In this document: piece after piece, positions 1-15,700 of the stretch | Numbering within the stretch: position 1 is the first letter of the stretch | How the letters are laid out: every line of letters starts with the position of its first letter | From: Ophelia neglecta | Lineage: Eukaryota | Length of the DNA stretch: 64,000 bases | Direction: 5' to 3' | Assembly: GCA_965285935.1 (NCBI GenBank) | Contig: OZ260662.1 | Span: 18,848,001-18,912,000 of the forward strand | Made by a program: the position numbers and the translations under genes | Notes under the pieces: generated by a model | Told to the model about the DNA's origin: nothing | What the model saw: only the letters and a program-made list of their open reading frames with translations | Databases searched by the model: none

Positions 1-549
1 CTCTATGCACTGAAGAGGCTACTCGCCCTCCCTACACACCTGCATATAGAACAGTGGTTGACGGGAGAAAGCAAGCAGTGTCCATTTAGTGCCTGCTATA
101 AAACACTAATACGTCACCGCGCCCTGACATTTATTGAATAGGTTACGCATTGGTTATTGTTAAAGAAGTCGTGGGCGAATTTTCATTGCGAGCAGCCAAT
201 CTGCCGCTGTTTGCCTGATGTGTAAACTCAGATCTATTGGCAAGGGCAATGCAGCAGTGTGGTTTGTCGCCGTGTACGTGTGCTATTATCACCTATGGGT
301 GATATCATTGCCAGTAGGTTGGTCTCGAGCCTAGTATGTTCACCACACCCGGCATGTACATTTATTTTCAGCCGGCCTGACGCTTTGTGTGTTACAATAA
401 CCTTTTGTTTCTGGGTTATTAGTGCCAGGAAAAGCTCTCCTCGGAGAAATTAGACCACAGCTTCTGAGTGACGACATTCGGCTTGCTGCGTCACCACTTC
501 CGACCAGCGCTCTTTATACAGCTCGTCTTGATCATCTGGGAAATCGATC

Positions 550-770
550 ATGTTGTCGCACAGAGTTCGATCGAAATCGTGCAGCACGGTCAGAAAAGGC
601 ATGTTCCTCAATTCAGTGAAGGCACAAGGGGGACGGTCCCCGCCCTCCACCAGTGGGAACCTTTCCGGCCACAATCTATTTGCTAACGGATACTTCGGAC
701 ATTCTTCCCATTCGACCCTTGGATCTCCTTTACTTAACCCAGCGGACGCTTATAGGCGCCGAGCTCTAAG
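550..770 (+). CDS. GARNL3: GARNL3 exon 1 (predicted start)
   Basis: ATG at 550 after in-frame TGA at 529; MLSHRV...YRRRAL; donor AG|GTAAAG in phase 2, matching exon 2; no recognisable homology. Confidence 0.65.
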
Positions 771-3700
771 GTAAAGTACCGGAACATGATTGTCAATCCG
801 ACATCCTTTCGGTTTTCAGACAGCCATTTTCAACTCAACATACTATAATTATAGGAATTCATAGCTTGAAATCGTCAACACTAACCATTTAAATATCTAC
901 ACACTATTTTAAATGACAGCGACCCACTAACTTCTATGCCTTATCTTCCGACACTTGACACAACCATGCCAACGCCTGACAGATGAGAAAGTCCACATCA
1001 GTTTGCCTATTTCAAGAACTGTCGGGTTTAATTCCAAATGACAGACACGTCGACACCACTACAAGATCGGCTAATAGGTTTTGAAACGAGAGCGACACGC
1101 GAATTTCTAGCCTTATCTCCTGACGCATGACACAAGTATTCCCTTAGATAGCTTGACAATTGCCTGACAGAAGACACACAAGGAGCCCCCCTCCCCCTTC
1201 CCCGCACCCCTACGGTTATAAATTCTCATTTGATGAATGACCCAATACACCAAGCCACAAGTTGCCACCGGTTTTTCAACCGAATATATGTTTGAATTAA
1301 TTTGTGATGTTTTCATGACAGTCTTGTACCTGTGTTCAGAGGCGAAAAAATAAACAACGACACGCCCCGGGGTGTGCACGGCGTACCGGTGTAAAATTTC
1401 TTTTATGTTTCCTGACAGGTAGGACCCGGACTTCATGTACTAACCCTTACCCAAGCCGGGGAGGAGGTTAAACTGAAATGTGTTGATAGTCAACGACTAT
1501 AAAATTAACCTTACACTTTGTTTATGTCATAATCGCCTCGCGGCCACATTCATTATACAGAGCCCGAATGATAAGTTAATCATGCATTCATCCGCTGACA
1601 CCTATTATACGCATTATCACTATTATTGTCGTTCCTTATTATTTTAGTATATAATTATATAGGCCTATATCAGTACAGTTGTATGCAGACATACGTTGTG
1701 TCTTAACTGCTTAATATAAACCACTGTCTGCATGACAATGAATATATTATCCAGATCCTCAAGTTCCATTTACTTCAGTGTGCTTTATGCAAATGACATC
1801 AGTGTCATCACATATCGCACAAACTATAATATTTGCTTCTGCACCACCCTTAATCACTTGTTACATAAATAAAATACCAGTCTTTCCTGCGACTGTTGTG
1901 CTATCGGGCATGCTTAAGCAAGGGAAAGGGTATTGTGGTCTTAAATAGCAAAATACACGATCATTATCGCGGAATTCAGCGCACACAAAACCACTTCATA
2001 ATGAGTTTCCAAAAACTTAATTTTGCCTTTGGCATTTATTTCCATTTCTGTCATTTCTCATTATTTATATGTTGTTTTCTATCTCTTCCTGCAATGGGCA
2101 GCAACATAATTGGCCTACATGCTCTTTCTGGCTCCAATGGGAGTGCCGTGCGGAATACATCAAATTGGCCAATGCTACCGTACTTCTCCACAGTATCTTA
2201 TGCTGCCAGTAAGTGTGATTGTTCCCCCGGCGGGACCAGGGAGCTCTAAGTCAGCTCCAGCGCTCACCTCCGCGAATGCAACGATTTGATTGGGGTCTAG
2301 GTTTAGAAGGCTTCAGGAGATGAAAGAAGTCTTGTGTGTGTGAACATACATCCAAAGTGGTACATTGTAGTTATGTCGCGCACTACATGGATAATTCACG
2401 ACACAGCTATGTACCTGCTTCAAACCAAAATGTAATTTTTTAAGGCTCGCTGGAGCGGGGGGTAGGGGTGGATCTGAAAGAGCCGATCCTCCAGGGTTTC
2501 ACCGTTTACTACTATGGTAATATTATAATGTATAATAATGACAAACTATTCTAGTAATATGACACAGTATCCTTTAAACGGCGAAAACTTCGTAGTACTC
2601 AATTATTCAAGCACCCTTTAATTGCTTGCCGGAAATAAATGTGTGTCACTATTTTCTTTAGTTTTTTAAGTTCGTTTTATGTAAGTTTTATTTAGCGATT
2701 TCAATTGATGTTTTAAGCATATGTTATATATTGTAAACGTCATTGAGCTCATATACGAGGAAATGAGCGCCCTATAAATGCCAATATTATTATTATTATT
2801 ACTTTATTATCATTATTATCGAGCGTAGCTCGTGGCTAGGCCCAGCCACGCGTACCTATCACATGTATTTTATTCATGCTTAATACTTTGTTTTTCTTCT
2901 ATGTCTATGCTGCATAATATGATCAAAGGAACGTACATTCATACATATACATACGTGTGGTGTCGACGTTTTCGCCGCTTGCAAACTCCTTTAGATCGGC
3001 TATGTACTGAATCTTTTATGGGCACTTGGCATGCAATCCGTCATAGGCTAATGATCCCCAATTATACGGGGGAGCCGCCACCAAAAGTCACAGGAGGGCC
3101 ATAAATAATGACAAGCATCGACTGTAAAATATGATAAGCGTGTGATATTAACATTAAGGATAACGAGCCTAGAATAAAGTACTACATTATAACAAAGCAT
3201 CTCAAGCTACGGCTGCCAGGCTTCCGTTGTTGATGCCTATTGTAGATTAAATATCTGTTGGAATTTATATGCCGACTATTTTGTGTTAAGAGGACATGCA
3301 AAATTTGTGTTTACGAAGCGTTCAGTTGAAGAATAATTTCTGTTATGACAAACATCTAAAATGTGCTTCTGTTATCACATGTGAAATTCCTTTGATGACT
3401 CAAGCTGTATAAAACAAAAACAGGGGAGGTCACTTCGTTGAAACCCAATTAAATCTTTGTCCGCGTGTCTGCAACAAATAAAACGTTATATGAGCTGTGA
3501 CATTCTGAAAACAAAGGTCGAACAAGTGTCTTATCGTTTGATATGTGAGTCACGTTGGCACTAGTTACAAGAAACCCGTTCTTTATGTCAGTCGTACACT
3601 GACCCAAATTACACCTTTTCAACCGGCTCCAATATTACAAGTTTCATTATGGCCAGTTTCACCTCATCTCTATTGACCGGCACCTTTACATTATATCCAC

Positions 3701-6700
3701 GTAGTAGCCCCTTTTGATACCATAGAATTCGACGTTATCGTTAAGGTCAATAGATAATGAACTTTGTCGGTCTATCACCCTTGTGAATTATGCCGTTTAA
3801 GTACATGTGTATTCAGTGATAAGCCGTTGCAACGGCGAGTACATACTCCATCAACAAAGCATTTATGGGTTGAACATAATTTCTAAAGGGGGGGCGCTGA
3901 CAGGGGTGGAAGCTGCATTTGTAAAGCATGGTCTCTTCCTTTTCCGACATTATAGCGATCTATAATATTTTGTTCATTCACAGTTAGTACCTACGGCTGT
4001 TTTCTAGGGTTTTGCATCTGTTGACTGTCCCCATGTCGCAGTAAACAATGTTTAGGCCAAAGCCTTGGGCAGCACATAATTTGTCCGGATGCATATCTAT
4101 GGTGATTCCACTTTACCCCAACTGGCGAATTATCTTATGAAGACGGCTAAGAGTGCAACCTTCTTGGCTAATTACCATAATGGTCCAGTTTCTGGTAGCA
4201 GCCTTATGTTTTGAATTTGGTTAGCGTACTGCCGATAAGCTTAGACAGAGTTAATTGGTATTTCCATTAACCAGGATTAAGTTTTAACCAACATCGCTTA
4301 GTTTTAAGACCAAATCTAGCTTCCAGACAAACCCCATTAACAGGTTAAGAACGATGAAGCACTTTTCTCCGGATCATTTATCCGAGTTGAGAGCTAAGAC
4401 CGCTTTCAGAAAACGGGCCAAGAACGTGTTAAAAATGCTATAGAAGGATTGATCTACGCACAAATTGTGCACGACAACAATTTCTTAATCATGGCTGGTT
4501 CACTTTTAAAAAGTAGTATTTAATAGTACTATCGAGGAGTTTTTATACCCTTTTCCTTCTTATAAATATGAAAGGATATACTACCCTAGTCAAGAACCTT
4601 AATTAATCGCCGTCCCTCGACGCTAAACATCCCATGGAAAATCGTTAAGGAAAATGTCGAAGGCGTAAGAAAGATATAACCAATCCAAAGCCTTACCCAG
4701 TCCCCAACACTGACCAGCTCTTAACATCATCCTAACCCTAACCCAGGGCCGAACAAAACCCTAAAGACACGTAAAACATAGGTGAAACAATATATAACCT
4801 TAACCCTCGGCAATAAAAATACTCAATATATTACCTTAACCCTCGGCAATAAAAATACTCAACACTAAGCATGTCGGCATTACCACTAAGATGACACTTT
4901 GCAGAGTAGAAACATGAAAAATCAGCCAACAAATAGTTTTTCTGTTGTTTACGTGTATATGCATTGTGACTGGTGAGGCTTCTAATATATGTTAGTGCCG
5001 CATTTGAACACTGCGCATTGCATAGAAGAGAAGTGCTATCCCTATAAGTAAGCTAGGTTCACGTTTGGACCCGTTGTGCTATACTTGTTCCCAAATATAA
5101 TCATGACATCGTACCATGACATCGTACCATCGTATCTGTAGTCACTTTTGGCATGATACGAGTTTGTCTTTTGTTTGCCTTTAGAGCTCAGCCATATACT
5201 AACTTCGTTTACATCATTCAATTGCTAAAGGCATCACCAAATATTCATATATATATATATCAATAAACACCTGAAATTGCAGAGCCGTGCCGTTTAGTGT
5301 ATCACTGGAAATTTTGATTGGTATGCCAGTCTGACTTACCTCCGTAAACAGATTGAGATTATGTCTATTCGTGATCGGCGTTATTATTTTACAAATATAC
5401 TGATCTATAAATGTCTTTAGGGTCTTGCTCCTATACATTTATATGACAACATAGTAATTTCCTTCAACCCCATACACATAGCACTCGCTATACCACAAAT
5501 AGTCCCAACTTGTCTCATACTTTTCCCGCCTGAAAATAGCAAAGTCATTTATAGACCAGGCGTCGCATCTGTGGAATGGGTTTCCAATGCGGTTGCTGGA
5601 AATCTGTGATTATATTCACAATTGCATGTTATATGAATTTGTCTTATGTTATCTGGCTCAATTTGCATAGTTTCTAACTGGCCTCTTGGTAGAACAGGTT
5701 TACCCTGAAATGGCTACCCAGTATAAGGATGTTCAAATAAAAAGATAATTAAAGATGTGTAGCTTTAAGTACAGAAAAATGTTTTATAACTTGGGTTTAA
5801 TTTATCAAAAATGCCTGGGGATATTTGTCATTCTTTTTCCCGCAAAGAGCTCCAAACGACCGTTATATATGATACGTTGTTGGCATGGAACGATTGTAAC
5901 GCCCACATGTTTTGTCTGAAGATTGGTAATTATCGACACTCGCCGGAAATTAATGTCTCAATGGCTCCCTATTCAAAATGTTTCACCCAAATAGTAAAAG
6001 TGGATAGCAATGCTGATGACAGTCGATGAGATCTAGAGCAATGGTGATGGTTTCCCTTCAGTAAAGTTTAGTATAAAAGGATTTGAGACAGGCTTTGCGG
6101 AGGGATTGCCTAATATAAGCTCATGGAAATTTAGTGTGATTATGAAAAGATAAATATGTTTAATTTTTGCCTAGTTTTCGGGCTTCCCTGTTTTACTCAT
6201 CTGCACCACACGTGGGTATTAACCACCATGTCTCTGATCCATTTGATTTGTCCTGAGTAAAGTCTGTGCGCCAGGAACTGCTTTTTAATACTCTTTGTGT
6301 TTTAAACGAATGGAGCTATGGTCATCGGATATGATCACTCGTTGGGCAGACGGCATTTCTTTGAGCTTACTACTATATTATTTATTGGCGTATGTTTAAT
6401 CCTTATTACGGAAGTAACACTTGCCAAGTTTGGGAGAATGGAAAATGGTCCAGTACAATAAATGCCTAAACATTAAAGATCATTCGACACATATCTGTTG
6501 AAAGTAGGCGAATATGTGCAAATGGTTGAGAATATAATGTTGACATTTAAATTGTTGCTTTGTTAAATTAACATAGATCTGTTTGCCTAAATGACATAAA
6601 CATCGTGTCGTGTTATTATGTTGCATGAATTAGGTAACCTAAAAAGATGTTTATCCAACTGGAATTAAACTAATTTTAATTGTTTCAGTTCCCCTGCTTC

Positions 6701-9700
6701 AGACTTGGCTGCTCGAAGAGGCGTATTCAGCAGACGACACTACGGTTCAGTAGAACTTGTAAGTTTTCAAATTTCCAACGCTCCATTTATTAACCAGCTA
6801 TAAGTCTGATGGAATAACTTGGAACATGCGCGCATGTGTATTATGATAACAGCATTTTTGTATTGCGTGGGATATGTATGTCCTCATTGCCAGAGAAATG
6901 AATGCTGGCAAGATAGGCTTCCAAATCCGATTTACGTTCAGTATTGCTCATACTCGTTAGCGAAAATGCTGAAGAACAATTCTATTCCAACAAAAACAGT
7001 TTCAATGTAAAGGATGTGGTTGAAGAGTATGCTATGTGCTAATAATAGCTTATTCATCATATCCGATTGCACGAAATACTCAGTTGTCGGTAAAATCAAA
7101 CGTGCCCTATCCCTAAGATCTGAATCATAAAGTATGCATTGTCTTAAAAAAAAAAATTAATAGAGCTAGCACTTATAAATAATGCCCATTCCTTTAAATG
7201 AAATTCCCAAATCATGCCCTTTTCATTGTTTATAAATATTTTCACAAATCATACTGTCACACTATACAAGATTCATAAATCTGGACTTGAACGTTCTTAA
7301 ATTCCCAATCCAAACTGGAAACGCGGGAGAGTAATCTCTTACAAAAGGTGTAATAAAGAACAATGCATTAAATGGGCTAGAAATAACAATATAGGTCTTA
7401 TGCCGTCTTACACAAATCAATCAAAAATCCCTTAACTGTAAATTAGCAATTAGTGTAGACTATAACTCATACAGATCTGACATGCGATTCCATTGTTCAT
7501 CATTATAACAGGATTGTTTATTAATTGGCTAGCATGGAGTGATAATTGATGATAGCACATAATCCGCGGGATCTCAAGCAAAACCCATGCTGATAACCAA
7601 CACACCGTTTACTAAACAGGTACAACGATCTCATAGAAACAGTATTAATTAGGTATGCTAGCAATCGCTTTCATATACCATAATACTAGCATCGAGCAAT
7701 ATGTACAATAACTTCATAGTCTATTATAACTGTGGTCAGCTCTCCCCTAACTGTTAAGTAGAATATTGTTCTGATGCACACAAACATTGTAACATTGTGT
7801 AAGCATTTTGTACGTTAACTGGTATAAGTAATATGGTTTGGCATTTGTGTTCAGTTGGTCCATTGTAGAAACAGTACTGGGTACCTGTTATATTTGTTCA
7901 ATAAAGAACTTTCATTAAAAGGCTGTGTATTTATTGGCCTTAAAGCTTGTCTTTGCAGACAGTTGACCACACAGTGGTTATTTTTTGTATAAAAAACGTC
8001 ATTCCCCAAACAGCCAAACAAAATGGCACCAGATGTTTGATAGCATAAACAAATTAAAGCAGATTGCTTATACCACCTAGGCTAGGGATTGCTTATATGG
8101 GGAAAAGTAAATTAATACTTTGGCACTTCAGAATTATACTAATATTTGATGTAGGAAGTCGACTATATCGTAATATTGAATAACAATAATCAATTGGCTA
8201 TGCGTATATTGCATTATCAAGTCTTCATGGGTACGGTAATTAAATGCAAACGACCGCCTACCGATATCGGTACCAAGCAGCGTTCATCGTTGTTAGTACA
8301 GCACAAAGCGTGCGATTTAACAATGAATCCACCATGGTCGATGCTAAAGCATATTATATCTGGCACACGTGTTCCAGCTGAGACCAGTTCTTACTCTGAA
8401 TTGGTCTCTATTGTATGGTTGTCGGAGGTATCTTTATTGTTCAAGCAGTTCATAATTAATTCCTCATGTTAGTTTAGGTTTGTTGATTATGTTATGACAA
8501 AGTATTTGGCTACAGCATATTAAAAAAGTTACTAACCTTTTTAAGCTTAACAAATCTTCGTAATTCAATACAAAGGTCAGTTACACTATCCTAGCGATCT
8601 GATTCAAATAAATTTCCAGTATATTTCTGCCCTAGTCTGTATAAATTTCACTACATTTTTGTAGTATAATAATTGATATGCGAGAATATATAATCACACG
8701 AACAACACTAGATGCGCATACTAAAATATTACACCAGTTTCACTGAAGGAAATACAATAATTCAATTATTTATATGACAATCCCAGGGAGACAGATACAT
8801 TCCTCTAAAGAAAGCAAGAAGGTTCACTTCAATAATCTTGTGCTTTGGAGACTATTGCCCCTGAGGTCTCATTTCTACGAGAGGCTAGTCCGCCGTAGAC
8901 TCTCCTAATATCGCTATCCTATATCGACCTATGACGCGCGTGTTGGTGTTCTACGTCCCATGTGTTAAGAAAGACAATGTTTTTTTAGACAACTCACTGT
9001 GATTAATACATATATGCCTAATCATACTATACCCCAACATTTAGAGACCAATATGCCTAATAAAATTAAATAAAGAATATTGAAAATTGTCTTGAAAGCT
9101 CCGAAAGCAATTTAAAAGACTTTTAATGCGAGGACCCCCTTATCATCCGGAGGGCAAGACTTTAAGGAAATCCTAATAGCCATATTCATCTCATAGCTTG
9201 GACATTCCCCTGGCCAGGTCGCATGTGTAAGAATAAATTAAGTAGGCCAGTAGCGTAGGCGGCCGTCATTTTTCCACGATGACCACAGATCCTTCCTACA
9301 ATCTCCGTCCAGCAGTTCACACACACGAACGAACCAGTGAATTGGTTTTGGGATTATAAAGATTTGCTTACAGATAAGCCTAATTGCTGGTGATATAGTT
9401 AATCTCTGGTCGTGTCACCAATCCGGATGCTGCCTCAAATGCGATGTGTCCCTTATTGATTTTATCCCTAGTGTCATGGGCTATTGCCAAAGAAATGTAG
9501 GTCCATATGTTCGCGATGTCAGTCTGCGAGTCCAGTTGTTGGTTGCTATTCGATTGAGGTCGGACAATTGGTCTTTGCGACCAGAGAGGTGCACAGTAAA
9601 AAAAAATGATGCAAGTGATTACCCGCATTCGATCACACCACAGGTGTTTACCACACAGGATTTATTAACACAGTACTCGTTAGACCAGCAGTTATCGGCT

Positions 9701-12700
9701 CTCTGCTTTGTCAATTCAGCTAGTAATTGTTTAATACCTGTTAATAATTAGATGTGTTCGCCTATGGGAGGAAGCGTCCAAATTTGACAGAGAAGTTATC
9801 GAGCTGTAATCCGTAATAATAAACCGCACTGACAAACATGGTTGAATGGTTCAACTGGTAATAACGTGTGACACGACGTCACAAACAGGAAATTAACCTT
9901 TCAAGTGTTCTTCCAAAAGAGGCTCGGCTGTTGATTGCTTTTCTCGGGTTCCACAATAGGGTCTCGTGCACTTGGCCAAGTGGAATCTAGATTGTGTTTC
10001 ATAAACTCAATACTGGCTGCACACTTGAATCTCGTATCGTTGATTATATTACATGTATATGCAATTTTGCGTCAGGGATTGTATGAAAAAATGCAGCAAA
10101 TTGTCACAGGTCAGCCTTTGCTGGCCAGTGAAGATTAAAACTGATGTTATGAATTCAAATTCTTCAAACACATGTCCGTAATGGAAATAACAAATGACAT
10201 GAAGGCAAGGTTTTTTTTATCTCGGACACAAACCATTACCAAGAAAATATTCTTTTGGTATTTAATTTATTTACCGTTAATGATTCATTCGGTAAATAAT
10301 TATCTAATAGTTAATAGTCTTGTTAGTCCATAATTGACCGGTGCATAATATGTGTCGTTCCCCGGTCGTTAAGTCCCCCGGACTCACACGGAGCCCTAGT
10401 GTGATAAGACCCCAAGGACGTAAAATACTATCACGTTGGGACCGACGGACGTAATAAAACAAGCGTTCAGGGCCGGGTCGCAAATATTCCAGACTATTTC
10501 GACCTGTGAGCTCAACATACTAGAGCGGGGGACACGCAGGGTTAAGCATAAGGAATATGAACACGAATATTTTTATTGCCACTTGTACACTGCATAGATA
10601 GGTAAATTTACATATATTCAAATTAGGTTATTTTAACGTGTTCATATAGTATGATATACGCGTATGGTTCCTTTTTGGTGAAGTTGTTATATTCAGCAAT
10701 ATATAAGTAAATGAAATAACATATGTACAATTTGAAAGTGAAAAATTATAGGTGCATAGTTCTAATATTACAGCATTTAGAGGGATAACATATATAAATA
10801 ATGTGTAATTAGCTTATGAGATGATAGTATTTATACATGAGTTGAACGTATGTAAATATATCCGGTGACACTTAGCCTTCATAAATATGACGAATAGATT
10901 AAATGCTTGAAGTAAAGGCACATGTTAACGAACAACGTGATATATACATGCACATATGTATGAGTATTTACATAACAGTGTCGGGTTCATTTTACAAGGT
11001 TGCAATAAAAAAGTCGTTCACCCACTGTGCATTCATGTCTCTTTGGCGGCAGAGTTCTATATAAGCATTCTTCCTTATTGTGTCACACTCTCGGATGTAT
11101 CAAGCTAGTCTGTTTAGCGTTCTGCGCCATCTCGACGTTAGCAGTCTTACCACCGTCTGCTTTGTTGGGACCAGCCTGTAACAATTGTCGATTAATATTT
11201 TTCGCTGATTAGTGAATCTGTCACATTGTAGCAAAAAGTGGCAATCATCATCAACCATACCACAATAATTGCACAGTTTATTATTAGTAGGGCTGTTTTC
11301 CAGCTACAGGTTCCTAACCCAACGTAGCAATTTCTCAGGCGATACCTGGTTAGTTTGATGGCATTACCGTAGCCCAGATTTAACAAATGTCAGGCGGGTT
11401 CTCCCACGTCAGACTTCTCTACACGGTCTCGGTATAATTTGCCCTTGCTACTTTCGATACACATGCTAAAGGATATCATGAACGTATGCTCCCTGGAGAC
11501 GTCTTTATATCCAACCATGAAGGACTGTTTGCTTGTTATCTGATTGGTCCGCCATTCCATACTGAATCCATGTCGAAACATTGTCTCTAACACCGGTGCC
11601 CCACCTGTGATCTCTAGACGACCTTCGCAACTCAAACAACAGCTTGCTAGTTAGTTTATGTCTGTGTGTGGATCGATCAGGGAGGCCCAGTATCCCACCA
11701 CCCTGCTGTCTATTAGATCACTTACTGGGGAGATGCATTATTCCATTAATAGTGGTTGTTTTCTTTAGATGAAGATGATGCTTTACAAAAGCCAATTGAA
11801 ACCGGTCCAGTTGTGGGCTGCGTCCATAAGCCCATATTTCCGCCCGTATTCCAGGATTGGTGTTACCATAATGTTAAGGTAGTTGTAAGTAGTCCGGGTG
11901 GACCTTTCGCTCTGGCGATTCGAAACCGTTTACTCCGTTTCTAATAAAATTGAGTTCATGAAGACGTGGAAAGTCATGTCTTATTGGACGTACCCAAGTT
12001 GGGAGGTGGGGGTGGGGGGGGGGGGGTTGAGGGGAGGTAGAAGAATCTGACGTTTATCTGCTATATAAATCTAAAGAATTTCCTATCCTCAGAAGAAAAC
12101 GTGTGTGTTTAGGATGTTTTATTTTGGAACAATAAATTTGCATTTAGGATAAAATCATAAAGAACAAATCTTCTGGCCTCCGCCCACCTAACCCCCACCC
12201 CCAAACTTACTATCTAAAGACGTGTTCATAGAGTAGAAACAAACAGGCATATCTCAACAATGCAGGAACTATTTCATTTTTGATTTTATAAGCGATTATC
12301 ATACACGATGATAAATTATTATGAAAAGGATCAGTCCATCAGAGCTTGAACACTTTAATCTATAAATTGCTATCTTACATTTGATATTATTGTATTTTTA
12401 AATTAAAGGGATGGGTAACACAATAAGCCCAGTCCTATTTGACCAAGCCTAAATGAAATATACGAATATCATATTCGTGAACACATCAAGTCTAGATAGA
12501 CTGTTGCAAATAACAGTTACAACGTCCTTCTGAAATATTTGTCCACCAAGTAGGTTCATGACAATTTCACAAATGAGGGATATATCGACATTGTGTGACA
12601 CATTGTTCTTCCTTGTGGCGTTGTTACAGAGCATCGTGACTGGTATTCATTGTAAAGAGTGGTCTGTTTTGATCCTCAGTGTACATCTTTTTGGTGTCAG

Positions 12701-15700
12701 AATGAGGGTCAAAACACGGGGTTATAGGGAAAATAAGTGTCAGAACACTATGTTGGAGTGAGAACGGGCTTCGTAATAATAGATTGCGTATGGGGGTCTT
12801 ACTAAGCGCTTAGAGTGGGAATCGCCTTGTGATTAGTCGACAGTATTTTCTTCTCTTATCACATGATAGATAATATATTACTTTTTCTTTTACTGGAACG
12901 GTGCCTTGAATTTGAATTTTGGCATGGTCTGCTGTTTACTGACCAGCTTAATCACATACTTATTATTGGTATCCCCTTTGATGTTACCAGTTCCACTGGC
13001 CCTTTATTATCGGAGTTCCTTCTAGCCAAGCTTCTACTTTACACACCGTCTAGACCTAATCTAACTTATGTAACAGTGGCCGTTTTGATTTCCATTTGTA
13101 CCATTGTAAAGTCAGGGCTGTGGATTTTCCCCTCCACTGCAACGCTACAGGCCACCCTACAGACTATGTTTTAAATTAAGTTAAAAGTTAGCCAAAACAG
13201 CAGTGATCATATGGGTGTAAACCTGTGATATTGCACGCCAATAATCACAAATATTGTGCCATAATATTAGTCATATGTTAGCTATTCCAGAGGCTGTGTG
13301 TCGACTACAATTTGTTTGTGTATGGATCTTACTTGATATGGTGCTAAAAAGAAGATAATGACTATACATGTATACATTAAAAGTGTGCTTATTGTTTCAA
13401 TCGCTGGTATTCATGAGAATGAAGACTCGCCTTCTTTCATGAATGTACTAGGAAAGTTTGATATACTGTTTGCGTTCATACTGGTTAGCATCATTAAGTT
13501 GGTGCATGTATATAGCACTTCTAATTGAAGCGCCCATTGAATTAAGCCACTGCCTCGGTCATCTTCTTGAGCAAAACAACAATTAAGTTAATTGCGCTCT
13601 TGTTGTTGACAATGTATTACAATGTAAAGTCGGTTACTTTTATATGTGAGTTAATACATCTATTAAAGGCCATTTTGTTTTGGCATTTTTGACCACCTCG
13701 TATTACATCCAATTTTTTTTTGTACACTGAGTAGACATGATGGTCACAGCACAATTTGAATTTAAAAGCGTACTTTACATTCCGATCAGGGAGTGGGTGG
13801 ATGTGTTTCCAAATAAGGTCGTGTGGGGAGTGAGTGGATACTTTTCAGAATATAGTGGTAATTGGTCCAAGGACCTGCCCCTGGGAAGACTAGCGTCACC
13901 ATACTAACGACCCCTTGTAAACATTCTGGGACCTTATCTACTTGATCGTTCATGCCAGGAATCGATATCATCTATGGTGGCTTCAACCCTCGTAGGACTG
14001 CTCTTGCTGTTTTCTAACAGCAAACCTTTACCGCTTGCTCTGCAAAATGTGAACTGAACTCCATACATTTCACATTAAGGGCGGCAGGACCCATTAAGGA
14101 TGCCACTGACATCCCTTATCTTCCTCTGCCGATTTCCCATGACCAAGGCAATGAGTCTTATTGGATTCATTCATTCAATAACCATTATTGTCCTCCTTCT
14201 CTCGGATAATCGCTTTTCGTGTCATAACTAAAACCCACGCAGGCCTAGTTCCACTGCTTTGCCATAAAAAAAGCAATATCATTCAAGGGAGAATCCATTC
14301 CTCACAGCTCTTTAATTACACTGGCTTATGGTATTAGAGACATGGTCTGCACAGAGACAGGAAGCGGCTGAGCGCACATGTCCTCTTTTATGTAAGGCGT
14401 AATAATGCATCCGTAAAAAAACTTCAAAATGCCGTCTGCAATAAACAAGTTTGCTTTTTCCTGAACATGGTAAATGCAGTTTTCAATCCAATTGCGGTTA
14501 TATATACATCGTTCATGTATACTTGTTCTGCCTATTAAGATTAAATAATTAAACTATATATTTGGCCAATATTTAATTACGAACTGTCTAAGAACTCCTT
14601 CCTTCATATTCGTTAGCAGCCAATCACTGGAGGAGCTCTGTTGCCATTGTCAATACGAATAGTAGGAAGACAAATGCGTCTCTTGAGGGATGTGTTGGCC
14701 GACAGCAGTGCCGCAAAGCAGGTTTTTTGGGATTCTTTTGCGATAAATAATGCAAAGAGACAGCGCTTAAATAGTGCGCTGGAAATGATTAATGATTGTT
14801 TGCGATACGGCCTAGGGAGGCTTTGGAGACGTTTTCTCATTAGACTTCTCCCATTAATAGATATTTTATAAAAACGTAACGCGGGTCTGTGTCTGAGCCT
14901 AACCGGAAAGTACGTTAGTCCGCTACGCGTGCCAAAAGACTGCTACGCTCGTGGGGGATTAAGTGTGTTCGTGTGGCTGTGTGTTTGCTAAGGATGGGGA
15001 GGGGGGTGGGGGGGGGGTTGAGAGATTCGAGTGCGTGCGCAATGTCAGTTCTTTTGACAATGATTACGTTACGCGAGATGCAAGCGTGACGTTCCCGGAT
15101 GTACCCTGAGCCTTCGGGGAATTTTTCTCAAGGTGGCTTCGCACAGCTCACGTAGCTACGTGAAGTGCTATATTTTTAGCTCATTTAAGGTACCACAGCT
15201 AATACAGTGCGAACTCCCGGCAGTAATTCTACAAGTTACCATAAACAAACATCAGTTGCTGAAAACTTGTAACGCAAATGTTCAGTTTACCCTGAAAATA
15301 TATGTCTTCGACTCTGAGCTATGACACTTTACTCCTTGGCAGCCCAGTCATCGTTTTAAATCACTTCTGTTCTTTTCTCTCACATCAGGTGTCGGTAAAA
15401 CGGCACCGACAACTTCCTGAGGTCCCAGGTTCTACACAAGGTCAGCCATTGCATTCATTTCTTCCCAAATCTGCCATCCCATGTGACAACGCGTGGACAC
15501 AACTAATTTCCGGCGCGTCAAAATCAGCGTTCATATGTAATGACAATTTATTTCGCAGCACGTCGCGAGAGTGTAGATCGGTGCTTCCCCAGGGGGGGGG
15601 GGGGGGGGGGGTTCTACACTCATCCCGCTCTTTGGACAAGGGAACCAGTTCCAACCAAACACTTTGTTTTAGCCGACCACCGCAAGTCGAATGTTTCAAG

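Noticed and set aside
2094-2208. Alternative first exon MGSNIIG... with GTAAGT donor
   Set aside because: The donor is phase 1 in the ATG frame, incompatible with exon 2 (phase 2); no homology.
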